Shown: in pieces, positions 35,962-51,865 of the stretch
Position numbering within the stretch: the stretch's first letter is position 1
Layout: each line of letters starts with the position of its first letter
DNA from: Fonticula alba ATCC 38817
Lineage: Eukaryota; Protista; Nucleariida
Length of the DNA stretch: 64,000 nt
NCBI GenBank assembly: GCA_000388065.2
Contig: KB932206.1
Strand: one strand, 5' to 3'
Notes under the pieces: model-generated
The model's database searches: none
Told to the model about the DNA's origin: nothing
The model's input: only the letters and a program-made list of their open reading frames with translations
Program-made: the position numbers and the translations under genes

Positions 35962-36839
35962 CGGGGCCACCCCATCCCAGTCTCAGGTCTGGCGTATGTC
36001 CACTCGCAGGGGATTGCCCACCGCGACTTGAAGCCGGGGAATATCTTCCTCCACATGGACCCCGAGACGGGCGGCCTGAATGCGTGCCTCGGGGATTTCG
36101 GCCTTGCCCAGTCAGTCGATCGGTCGTCGACCCTGACCTCGACCATCTTCGCCCGCGGGGCCAGCCTCTCCTATGCTCCTCCGGAGGTGCGTCCCCTCTG
36201 CGCCTCTCGCTCTTTCCCCAAATGCCCCTGTCTTGTCCCTCTCTCCCTCTTTCGTTCTCCCTCCCCAAACCCCTCTGACGCATACACTCACACTTGCACG
36301 CACATCCCTCCCTTTGCCCCGGCTGCTGTATCGACTCCCGGCAATAGGTCCTCGAGCAGCTCCTCACCAAGACTCCCCTGGGTGATGCCTCTCGCATGCA
36401 GCTCTTCGCCGCCGATATCTATGCTCTCGGCATCATCCTTTGGGAGCTGGTCTCCACCAAGAAGGCCTGGTCCGGTGAGTGTCTCAGTCTGGCGGCGCGC
36501 CTTTCTTTCTCCCTTCTACCGCCCTGCCTTCATCCTCTCCTCGCCCTCTTCCCTCCCCCCGCCCCCCGTCTTACCTCGCGCACTTACACACTTTCTTCGT
36601 CCGGCTCCCCGCCCCCGCCCCCGCCCCACCCTTCGTTCCTCCCCAAAGGCTGCCCCCGCGACGACCTGATTCAGGGCGTCCTCCGTGGCGAGAGGCCGCC
36701 AACCACTCAGGTCGCCATTCGCTACCCCTGCACCGACCCGACGGTCTTCCTCATCATCGGCCTTGCGACCTCGTGCTGGACACAGAGTTTCAAACAACGG
36801 CCGATGGCCTCATCAGTTGAGACACTGGTCAGGCAGTAG
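31003..36839 (+). CDS. Receptor-like TKL Ser/Thr kinase 1: signal peptide, ~940-aa furin-like (CxxC) ectodomain, TM, RD kinase
   Basis: Exon 1 31003-31177 encodes a signal peptide. Exon 2 31270-34092 has repeated CxxCHxSCxxC...CxxC units. TM exon 34187-34326 (LAIGLSVGLLLPIIILGIVVWIVLRRRR); micro-exon 34599-34632. Kinase motifs LGSGAHASV, VAVK, FEMEV, HRDLKPGN, DFG, YAPPE, DIYALG and CW...RP; stop at 36839. Confidence 0.9.
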
Positions 36840-38483
36840 GGACATCACGTGAAGCGCCCGGCCATGTTCGCCCAGCCCACAACCCCTCCCGGTTGATGGG
36901 CCATCCGGCCCTTCTCCATGAGTCTTTCTCCCTCTCCCCCCCTAGAAGAGAGGGGGTCAGAGAGGATGGGGAGNNNNNNNNNNNNNNNNNNNNNNNNNNN
37001 NNNNNNNNNNNNNNNNNNNNNNNNNNNNNNNNNNNNNNNNNNNGCCGCTGCGGCCGCCACCCCCTGTGTCTCTGATGGACAACAGGGGCGGTTGCTCCCT
37101 ATTTTCCGGATCCGTCCTTGGATTACTCCTGAGAGCTGTGTCGCTTCTGGCCCCGACCTCTCAACCGACCGGCCCCTAGGGTCCATTATTCCCGGTGTCT
37201 TTTCGTGCTGTCCGCGTCTCGCCCCCCCCCCCCCCCCCCCCGTTTTCCCCTTCCGCCTTTACATTCTCGGTAGATCCATGCCCAGAGGGGGCCCCCTTCC
37301 CTGGCGGCGTTCCATGTTGTTGTTGCCCTAGAACCAGCTTTGCAGTAGAGATCCCGAGAGATTCAAAATACATTCCAACTCCCTCCACATCCTGCCGCTT
37401 GCCTGCCTGATCCCCCGATCCCAGGTGCCCTGGGATCCTGGTACCGTGGAGGATCGCGTGCTCTGCTCACCGAAATGCCGGGAGGCGCCCTTCCGGAGCC
37501 CTCACTTCCATTTGTCCATTCTTCCGGCCCTCCTGCCGGGCTCTCTGCCTCCCTCTCCCTCTGTCTCTTTCTCTCTCTCTCTCTCTCTTCCTCCGCTCCT
37601 CTTTTTCTCTCTCCTTTTCCCGCTCCAACATCTCCCCACGGGCTCAGAAGAGAACATAAAAATGTCGACACGCCGCAGGTCAGGGGCTGGGCGAATACTC
37701 CTTGGCGAACCGCGGGGTCGCAGGCCGGGGAAGGCTGAAAACATGTCTGTGGCCCGAAGGGCGCAGAATACAAGGGGAGGGGGGCCAGGCGCCGGGGCCC
37801 CAGCCCAGTGAGACCACGAGCCCGATCGCCGCCCACGCTTGCCGGGATCTTATTATTGTTTCAGATGATGACAGATTCGCCAAAAGGGCCCGTGCGCCCG
37901 ACGCTGCCACCCTGGGCGCTGGTCCGCCCCGATAAGGAGCCCGTAGCCGACCGCGGCGATCGCACCGCAGCATCTTGTGCCTTTCCGTCGACCAGCCTCG
38001 CTACTGCCCTGCCCCCCCCCCCCCCCCGTCCCTGCCCCCTGGACTTGGGCCGTCTCCTATGAGCTTCAGAGCACGTCCCCCCCGCTCACGTACAAACCCC
38101 AGTGGGACATCCAGCACCCCCGGGCCTCTGCTGACTCACCGGCAAAGAGCTCCTCAATACTCCTGAAGCCCGGTCGCTGGCTCCTCCACCCGGAGGGGCC
38201 ACACTCAGGAGATGCCGATCTGAGGGTGCACATTTCGCTGGCCGACCATTTGCTTTCGAGCCTTTCGTCTCTCACCGGCTCATGCCACCTCGTCAAGGAT
38301 CCCCCCNNNNNNNNNNNNNNNNNNNNNNNNNNNNNNNNNNNNNNNNNNNNNNNNNNNNNNNNNNNNNNNNNCCTTCCTCTCCCTCTCCCCTCCTTCCCCT
38401 CCCTCTCCCCTCCTTCCCCTCCCTCTCCCCTCCTTCCCCTTCGTCTCCCCCTGACGCCGGCCATCCCCCTGCGCCCCGGACCC

Positions 38484-41189
38484 ATGTACCCTCGTGCGGC
38501 CGAGCGACTGTGGGTCCTCTGGCTGACCGTCTGGCTGGGTGCCTGGGTCCCGGGACGCCTGGCCGCCCTTTCCCCAACTCATGGATCCCCCGCGGCCAGC
38601 GACAACCCGCTGGCCGTGACGGATTACATCCTGGATCCGGACGGCTACATGCTGATGGAGCTGCAGCTGGAGCCCCACATACTCGTGGACCCGGACTACG
38701 AGTATGATCCGCGCCTCCCATGCGACGACTCCAGCGATGGCTACACCAGGCTGTGCGAACCCCCGAAAGTCTACTACAAAAATGGCTGCGTGGACGCCTG
38801 TCCGTCGGACCATTTCATGAACCCCTTTTCGCGGGCGTGTATCCGGTGCGGGGCCAAGTGCCTGTCGTGTGACAATATGTGCTCCTGCTCCCAGTGCCAG
38901 CCGTCGTCCTACGCCTTCGGGCCCAATTGTGTGGCCACCTGCCCGGACTCGCTGGCTCCGGATCTGGAGCGGCTCATGTGCGTGCCCTGCCAGGACCGGC
39001 AGTGCCTCGACTGCTCGAGCTCGCACCGGATCTGCAAGGAATGCGCCCCGGGGCTGGCGCTGCAGGAGGGCGTGTGCGTGGATGTCTGCTCGGTCGGGTG
39101 GTACTTGACACCGACGAGCCCCACGCCAACCTGCCAGCCGTGCCATCCATCCTGCCTGGATTGCGAAACATCCAACCTGGCCACCGCCTGTACCGCCTGC
39201 CCGCCACCGCTGGTCCTGCGCCAGCCGCCAGCTCCAAGCCCCCCGGTGACGGCCAGCGACTGTGTCGAAGACTGCATGAATGACCCCTCCCAGTGTGCCA
39301 TCTGCCGGGAGGGATGCGCCTCATGCAGGCTCCGTGTCCCGGGCGGCGACCGCGAGGACTCGCTGTGCATCAGCTGCCAGACAAACTGGTACCTGCTCGG
39401 GGATCAGTGCGTCCAGGCCTGCCCCTCGAAGTATGCCCAGCTCCCGGGATTCTGCGCTCCCTGCCATGACACATGCGCCGAGTGTGCCGGCGGGTCCGGC
39501 TTCAACCAGTGCACCCTCTGTCCCCCGGGGAGCCTGCAACAGGCCGGCCAGTGCCGGGAATCTTGCGAGGTCAATGGCTGGTTCCAATCTTCCCCGACCA
39601 TGTGCAGCCGCTGCCACGACACCTGCCTCCAGTGCAACGGCCCGGCAGCCACCCAGTGCCTGGTGTGCAACCGGGGCCGGCTTCTCGTCCGGGACGCCGG
39701 CTCGCAGCGCTGCGTGTCCACCTGCCCTGCCGGCCTCTATGCCGACTATGCCATCAGCGAGTGCCTGCCCTGCTTTGGCACATGTGCCAGCTGCTCCGGC
39801 CCGGGCAAGAATGCCTGCTTCAGCTGCATAGCCGGGACTTTCCTGCACAATGGCGAGTGCCTGATCCACTGCCCGGGCGGCATGTATGGCCATGCGCCGG
39901 CCAATGGGACCGGCACCTGCCAGCCCTGCCCGACGGGGTGTGCCATCTGCTCCGGGCCCCTGGCCAGTGAATGTGGGCAATGTGTGGCCAAGTGGTTCTT
40001 CCTGCCCAGCAGTCCCGAGCCCGGCTCGGCGTCGAGTTCCAACTCGGCGTCGAGTTCCAGCTCGGCCCCAGGCTCCGGCTCGGCCCCAGGCTCCGGCTCG
40101 GCCCCAGACTCCGGCTCGGCCCCAGGCTCCGGCTCGGCCCCAGGCTCCGGCTCGGTCCCAGACTCCGGCTCCACAGCATACATTGGCATGACTCTGGGCA
40201 CTTGCTTCAGCACTTGTCCCGCCGGGACATGGGGCAACCCAACGACCAGCCTGTGCGAACCCTGTGCCGGGCTGTGCGCCGCCTGCTCCGGGCGAGTTGA
40301 TTTCTGTACCGAATGCGCCGGGCCCAGCATGTGGGCCAGCCTGGGGGGATCTTGCTCGGCGGAATGCCCCACTGGGGAGGCTCGACCCGCGCCGACACAT
40401 GCGGATTACTCGATCCGCCGGTGCCGGGCCTGCCATGCCTCGTGTGCCCGGTGCTCCCTGGCCGAGTCTCCCTCCGCCTGTGAGGCATGTCCTGTGGGGC
40501 ACTTTGCCCTGGCACCGGGGGCCTGTGTGCCTGAGTGTCCGAGCGGGTACTACGAGGCCGCGTGGGCGGCTGATCCCGGGCTTCCCGCCGCGGATCTCGG
40601 CCAATGCATTGCCTGCCCGCAGGGCTGCGACAAGTGCACCGGGCCCCCCGAATCGCAATGCATCCGATGCAAGCCGGGCCTCGTCCTCCACGAGGGCACC
40701 TGCGTGGCATCCTGTCCGGCGACCCAATTTGTCGAGGTCAATGGCGTGTGCCAGGCCTGCCCGAGCAGCTGCCTGATCTGCCGGCCGCCCGACCAGGCGT
40801 CCGGGCCCGAGCCCACGTGCAGCCGCTGCCAGGTGGATTTCTGGCTGGCCCAGGCCGAGCCCTCGGCCTCCGGCGCCAGCTCCATTGCTGGCCCCGGCAC
40901 CCTCGCATGCCTGGCCAGCTGCCCGGAGGGATGGTATGGTGGCACGCTTCCCGGGGCCGGTGGCGGTGTATGCCTGGCCTGCCATGCCAAGTGTGCCACC
41001 TGCAACGGGCCCGGCCTCGATGCCTGCCAGGTCCTCTGGTGCGAACTTGATCAGACCTGCCCCGAGGAGCCCGACAAGCGTGCGTGAATCTGAACACGGG
41101 GAGGGGGCGGGGGGGGGGAGGCTGTAGGGGCCGCACGCGGGCCACCGTGCGGTCCGCGGTCCAGGCACCCATCGGTGGCCGGCCCTGCC

Positions 41190-41220
<31 letters not shown>

Positions 41221-43736
41221 GAGAGAGAGAGGGCTCTTGACCCCCTTCCCCCCTGTTCCCCGTCGCGAGGGCCGGTCCCCCGCTGCCGGGGAAGGGATCG
41301 AGAAGAGGACGTGCGTGCGTGAGTGAGAAGAGGAGGATGCACGGGGTGCTCGCGCAGGCAGAGCCGCAGAGCCGAAGCCGGAGCCGGTACAGATTCCTCA
41401 AGGGCCCTATGCACACGGGCGACCCGCCGGAGGAAGGACAAGGGACAAGGGGCGAAGCCGAGTAACGCGCCGTTTCCCACTTGTCCCCAGGGTTTCTCCC
41501 CGGCCCCTGGTCGGGCGACGGGCAACGGGCAACACTTGAGGCCGCCGGCAGGAGGGAGAGGTGATAGGCCGGGCTGGGACCGGGGGGGCGCTGGGGGGGG
41601 TCCCAACGCGGGGGGGGGGGGGGGGGGGGGGTGCTTTCGCTTGCCCGGGCCTTTCTGACGCCCTCACCCCGGCACAAACATCAGCCTCCAGCGCCCGTTT
41701 GGAGATCATCATCCCGGCCAGCGTGGTGTCGGGTCTGGTGGTTCTCCTTCTGCTGGCGGCCGTGGTGGTTTTGCTGTACTCCCGATCCTCGAGGCGCTCG
41801 ACGGCGACCAAATCCCGGCGGGATATCGACCCGGCCGACAGCGAGTCGGCACAGCTCGTGCGTTGGGGGACGCCCCTTGCCACATCTCCGGCCCTTTTCC
41901 TGGGCTTGTCCCGCTCACCACTCGCCCGCTTCGCTCCCGTTCCCCCGGCCCAGAGCTACGACATGACCGTGCTCAATACCATCACCCGTACGCAGAGGCG
42001 GCTCGGTCCATGGACACGGGCTGCTGCCGATCCTCGCACGCACCGCCACTACTGCCCCGCGACACATTATGCCCACCGTCTGACACTCGGGCCCCGCTTC
42101 CGACGCCTCCGCCACCACCGCCACCGCCCTGCCAGACCTTTCGCTCCCCGGCTTCCTGCTGGTCAATTTGGACATCGACTTCTACCGCGACAAAGCGCCC
42201 ACCGAGGAGGAGGACGACGCCCTCCTCGGCCAGGGGTCCCAGGCCAGCGTCTACAAGGCGCGCATCCTGTCCCAGGCGTGTCGCCAGCGGGCCGACAGCG
42301 AATGGGCCGCCATCAAGCTCTTCAACAGTGCGTCATATGCCCCCCCCTTAGGCCCCTGGCGCCGGTGCTGGAGACCTCATCGCCTCTCCTTGCAGACTAA
42401 CATGCCTGCCCGTCCATTGGCCAGGCTCCCTGCTGCCCAGCGATGCGGAGGGCGCCTTCCAAAATGAAGTGTCCATCATGTGGTACGTTGAGTCCTCCGC
42501 CGGCCTGCCCTTGCCCTCCTGTCCTCCCCCGAACACGGTCGGACACACACACACACACACACATGCATGCATACATGCATGCATGCACAGACGCATGCAC
42601 GTAAGCCATCCGTCTGACTCCCTCCTGTCCTTAGGGCACTTCAAGGGTCGCCACATGTGGCCCGGATGATCGGCTACTCCGCCACGCCTCGAGCTATTGT
42701 CATGACGTACTACAGCGAAAACCTGGAGAACCTCCTTCACCGAGACGAGATCGAACTTGACAGTGTCAATACCTTCCGCGTGGCAAGCGATGTTGGTGCG
42801 TTGAGCATGGGCATGTCCCCATGTCCGAGTCACGAATGCCCGGCGGCCCTCTCGCTCGTCGGCCGTTGCCCGCTGCCCCCGCCCCTGTCTCTCCCTCTCG
42901 CGCTCTCTCTGCTTTTTTTTCCAGCGACTCACATCATCGATGGCGGCCAATGGCCGGCACTTTGGTCACCAGTCAACGGCATGGTCTTCCTCCATGGGGA
43001 AGGGATTGCCCATTGCGACTTGAAGCCCGGCAATGTGCTGCTGTCGGTTTGCACGCAAACCGGCCGGCTGAGCGGCGTGCTGACGGACTTCGGCGTTTCG
43101 CGTGCCGTGGCCCGGGAAACAACCCTCACCATCAAAACCGAGATCGTCGGCATGAGCATCAAATTCGCCTCGCCCGAGGTTCGCACACGCCCACATCGCC
43201 GCCCCCGCCCACACACTCCGCCCTGACGCCCTGCCACTTGCCACCGACAACCCACCATGCGTTGCAGATGATCCGCATTTTCACCCTGCCCAAGGGCGTT
43301 TCTCGCGTCGAGGCGACCATCTTCCTGGAGTCCGATATCTACGCCCTCGGGATTCTCCTCTGGAGTATGGTGTCCAAGTCGACCCCGTGGAAGAGTACGC
43401 CGGGAGGCTTTGTCCACTCCACCGCTCGTGCCATTGACGTGCCGCCATCCATGCTAACGCCCCTTCCTTTGACTTTCTTTGTCTGTCTCCCTCTCTCCTC
43501 CCCTCCTCCGCGCCCTTGCTCTCTCCCTCGCTCGAACAGACCTCTCTACGACCGAGATCCAGACCATGGTCCTGTCCGATCAGCGCCCACCTGTTGACCA
43601 GGCGGCCATCCGCCTGGACTTGGATGCCCCGCATGTCCGGTCACTGCTCGACCTGGCGGTGAGATGCTGGAACGGCGATCGCAGCATGCGCCCGACATAC
43701 ACAGACCTTGTGGGGCTCGAGTGGCTGACGCAATAG
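38484..43736 (+). CDS. Receptor-like TKL Ser/Thr kinase 2: signal peptide, furin-like (CxxC) ectodomain, TM, non-RD kinase
   Basis: Signal peptide MYPRAAERLWVLWLTVWLGAW; Cys-repeat exon ends at 41079. TM exon from 41685 (IIIPASVVSGLVVLLLLAAVVVLLY); micro-exon 41954-41987. Kinase motifs LGQGSQASV, AAIK, FQNEV, HCDLKPGN, DFG, FASPE, DIYALG and CW...RP; stop at 43736. Confidence 0.9.
40061..40172 (+). repeat. 18-bp coding tandem repeat encoding (SAPGSG)n in the kinase 2 ectodomain
   Basis: About six units of ctcggccccaggctccgg, with GAC/GTC variants. Confidence 0.9.
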
Positions 43737-43993
43737 CCTCGAGCTTGGGCACATTGTGACGGCCCTGGCAGGAGTTGCCCCGTCACAGCACACACAAAGA
43801 GAGGGAGAGAGCGCGCGCGCGAACCCCATGTGCACAGCCATTCCTTGCTCCCCTCCCTCCGCCGGAAAATGAATCGAAGAAAAAACAACACACGATGCAC
43901 ATCCTTACACTGCCACATGGGGGGGGGGGGGGACTTCATGTTGCTACACAGGCAATCTGCTTGGCTCCCGTCCCATGGACAGGTGGCTGGCCA

Positions 43994-48139
<4,146 letters not shown>

Positions 48140-49034
48140 TCCGAAGACCCCAAGCGCGAGGAGGGGGGAAGAAGGAGCGACGGGAGGGGGCAGGGGGAAG
48201 GGGAGGGGGGGGGGGCGAGAAAGAGGGGAGGGGTAGCAGAGGGGCAGGGTGAAAGAGAAGGCGAGGGGAGGCGGAGAGTACCCTCTCATGGCCGGGGGGG
48301 CGCATGCCCATCGAGTTGCCTGCCCTTGAAGGCCGCTGATCGCGCCAAGTGCCAGCGGTTGGACGTCGTGTGACATGGTCCTGGTCATGCCGCAAGCCAA
48401 TCACGCCCCTGCTCCCAGCGGACTGGCCCATGAATTGGCCATGCCGTCCCCCCGGACCGCGGCACCGGAAGACCGGCCCCAAAGTCGCGCCGCGCAGGGG
48501 CCCCACGTCTTGGGTTCGAGGGCAGCATGGGGCAGGAGGGACGCGTGTACTTGCGCAAGACCGCCCCAAGCTTGGGGGGGGCGGACATGAGGGAGGCCTG
48601 GGTGGGCAGGTAACGTACACACACATGCGCACACCTCCAACGCATGCCGCAGTGAGAGGCCCCGCGGCTGGGGGCTCCGACGCGTGCAGCACGTGCGTCC
48701 CCAGCCATCGCGGCCTGCCCGCAGGCCACTGCGGTGAACTGAAGCCCGAGTGTTCACTTGCCGCCCGGGCGCCACACACATCCGGGCCCCTGTGCCCGGC
48801 GCCTGTGCGTCCAAATGCGGGGGGAGCCTGCTCCTCGGAGTAACGCACGGCCCGTGGGAAATGGCCCCGCATGTCCCCCTCTTCCGCCCATGGGCGCCGG
48901 CATGGCGCGGGGTGTGCTCTTCACCTCAAAAGGGTCCCCCACGAAAGCCCGCGAGGGGAGAGGTCTGCCCTGCATTCCTTCCACTGGAATCCTCCCCCTC
49001 CCCCCCCCTACAAACGCACATCCGCCAGCACAAT

Positions 49035-49085
<51 letters not shown>

Positions 49086-49126
49086 CCATCAGCCATCAGC
49101 CATCAGCCAGAGGATATACCGCCAAG

Positions 49127-51865
49127 ATGACCGCTCCCCTTGATGCGCCTGCCACCGCCGACACCACTACCACCACCGATGCCTGCTTCAAGCCCAAGGC
49201 CGCGCCCGGATTTTACCAGCGCCTGCCGAAGGTGGAGCTCCATGCGCACCTGAATGGCTCGATCTCGGCCCATGAGATCTCGATTCTGCTGCGACGCCGG
49301 CCGCCCCCGGATGCCGACCGCCTTCAGCTCCTGGCGAAGCTCGGCATCACCCCGGGCGCCGGGGCGGAGGGGGCCTCCGATGAGGAGACCGCCGAGGCTC
49401 GGCTGTGGGGCCCTGCCGGGGCCCTGGAGCGCGGCCTCTCGCGCTATCTCTCGCTCGGCGGCCTGTCGCTGGAGGCCTTCTTCCCGATCTTCGGGTCGGT
49501 GGTCTACTCGGCCACGTCCACCCTAGCCGGGGTGTTTGACGCGACGGCCCTGGTCATCGAGGCCTTTTATGAGGATGGCGTCCGGTATCTGGAGCTTCGG
49601 ACCACCCCGCGCGTCCTGTCCACCTCGCAGCTGAATGTCCACGCCCAGGGCCGGGACTTGGCCGATGCGCAGCGCATCGCCGGGCGCACCCTCTACTTGA
49701 ACACGGTCATCGAGGCCATGGAGGCCACCTGTGCCAGCCTGGCCGCCACCCATGGGCCCAACCATGATGACGGGCTCCCGCCGATCACCGTTCGGCTGAT
49801 TGTTTGTCTCGACCGGCGCCACTCGCCGGAGGAAGGTCTGGAAATCGTGGACATCGCCGCCGGTCTGGCTCGCGCCCACCCGGGAGCCGTGGTTGGCGTC
49901 GATCTGTGTGGCCCCCCGACGGTATGTTCCCTCCCCCTCCCCCATGCTGTCCTCTTGTCGCAGCTCCTCCTCCTCCTCCTCTTCCTGGCGGGGGGCTTCC
50001 CCTTCGTGTCCCGCGCACGCAGCAGAGCCCGCCCCGCCCGCCCCTCTGCCCTCCTCCTCTCCCTCCAGGCCCCATCCTGCCTGGTGCACGTAAGGCCTCG
50101 CTTTCCTCCCTCCCCCCCTCCCTTGAGTGATGGCACAGAGCCACACAACCCGGCCCTCGGAGAGCCGCTGAGGGCAGGATAATACCAAGAGTGCTGTGCA
50201 CCAGGCACCGCCTCCGCCCGGGGGGGGGTGGGCTAGGACCCCCCTTTTCGTGGGCCACCCCCTTCTCCCCCTTTCGCGCCCTGGGTGGAGGCGACTGTAC
50301 TGGCAGAGGCTCACGCGGGGCTTGAAGGTGGCTTTCATGTACCCGCCCCGGGGTACTGTCCTTTCCCCTTCGCCGCCACGCGTGGCCTCCCCGGTTCGAT
50401 CTCCCTGTGCAAACGGGCGGATGCGAGACATGAAGCAATTGAAAACCCACACGCCCGACTGGCGTTCCTCCTCCCTGCTCCTCGGAGCAGAGGGAGCAGC
50501 CTGACAACGCCCCTCACGGGCCTCTCCTCCCCCTCCCCCCTTCCAGCGCACACGGTCCTCTCCCCCTTCTTCTCCCGTCTCCTCATCTATCTCCCCCCCC
50601 CCCCCCCCCTCGGCCCCTTCTCCTCTCGGAGTAGGAACGGGCGGGGGAATGGGGGGGATCTCCGGCAATCTTTCGCAAGGTGCCTCCTTGCTGTGTCATC
50701 CTCAAGAGTTGCCAACTGACCGTCCTACCACTCCTCATACCATGCATGGGGGGGGGAAAAAAAAAACTCCCCCCTAGGTGTCACAATATGACCAGTTCCG
50801 GCCGGCCTTCCGCCGGGCCAAGCACCTCGGCCTGGCCGTCACCCTGCACGTACGCCGCCCACCACGCCTGACAAGTCGCACGAGCCTCCCCTCGGCTGAC
50901 TGGGCCCATGCCTCCCCCTCCCCTGTCTATCTCTCTCTCTGTGTGTGTGTCTCTCCCGCTTGCTCACACACATGGGCCCACTTGACACCCACCAGGCTGC
51001 CGAAATTCCCGAGCGCGCAGATGTCGAGACCAACATCATGCTGGACGATGGTGTCGACCGGCTTGGCCACGGCACGTACATGGGCCCGGCCACGTGCGAG
51101 CGCGCCCTCCGCGAGCGGGTCCCCCTTGGTTCGTTTCCCTGCCCCCTTTGCTGCGTTTGCCTGCGCCCCGGCGCAGCTGCCCCACGTCTTCACCAGGGCA
51201 GCCAGCCGGGAGCACATGCCCACATCGGTGTATCCCCTGCCCCCCCCCCCTGCCCTGTGTTTCCCTCTCCCTCTCTTCTCACGCACGCACACACGCACAC
51301 ACACCCGCCGACTGGACCCCATCGGGACCGGCCTACAGAGCTCTGCGTGTCCTCCAACTGCCTGTGCGGCACCATCCCCTCGGAGGCCGAGCACCACTTT
51401 GGATACTGGCACTTCCATGTCTCGGAGCGCCGGCGCCATCCGCACCATACGGACCTGCCGGGCCCGGCGGCGGCGGCCCTGCGCGGTGAGGACGGCCATC
51501 ATCCGGTGGCCCTGTGCACTGACGACCGGGGTGTCTTCGGGGCGGAGCTCTCCTACGAGTATCGCCTGGTGGGCCAGGCATTCGACCTGTCGGAGGAGCA
51601 GCTAACCGAGCTGTCCCGCCGGGCGGCTTGGGCCTGCTTCATTGGCGGTCGGTGTGCCGGGGCCTGGGCCGAGGGTGTGGCCGACCGGACCCCCGCTCTC
51701 CATGCGGACGATCCGGCCCTGCCGGAGCACCTGAAGGCCGACTGCCCGGGCTCGGATGACAGTGACAGTGCCGCCGAGGCCAATCGGCGCCGTGCCACCG
51801 AGTGGCTTGCCCAGTGGGATCATGCCATCAACTGCTTCATCAACCGCGAGAAGGCCCTCAAGTAG
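49127..51865 (+). CDS. ADAL: Adenosine deaminase-like protein (N6-methyl-AMP deaminase, MAPDA)
   Basis: Exons 49127-49921, 50778-50849, 50996-51128, 51339-51865. Motifs FYQRLPKVELHAHLNGSIS, DGVRYLELRTTPR, VGVDLCGPP, TLH|AAE, DRLGHGT, ELCVSSN...EHHFGYW and LCTDDRGVFG match ADAL rather than classical ADA. Confidence 0.88.

Noticed and set aside
37977-38306. In-frame ORF upstream of kinase 2 as an N-terminal extension
   Set aside because: It is joined only through an N-gap and a CT-rich tract, and a good signal peptide begins at 38484. Probably UTR, but not excluded.
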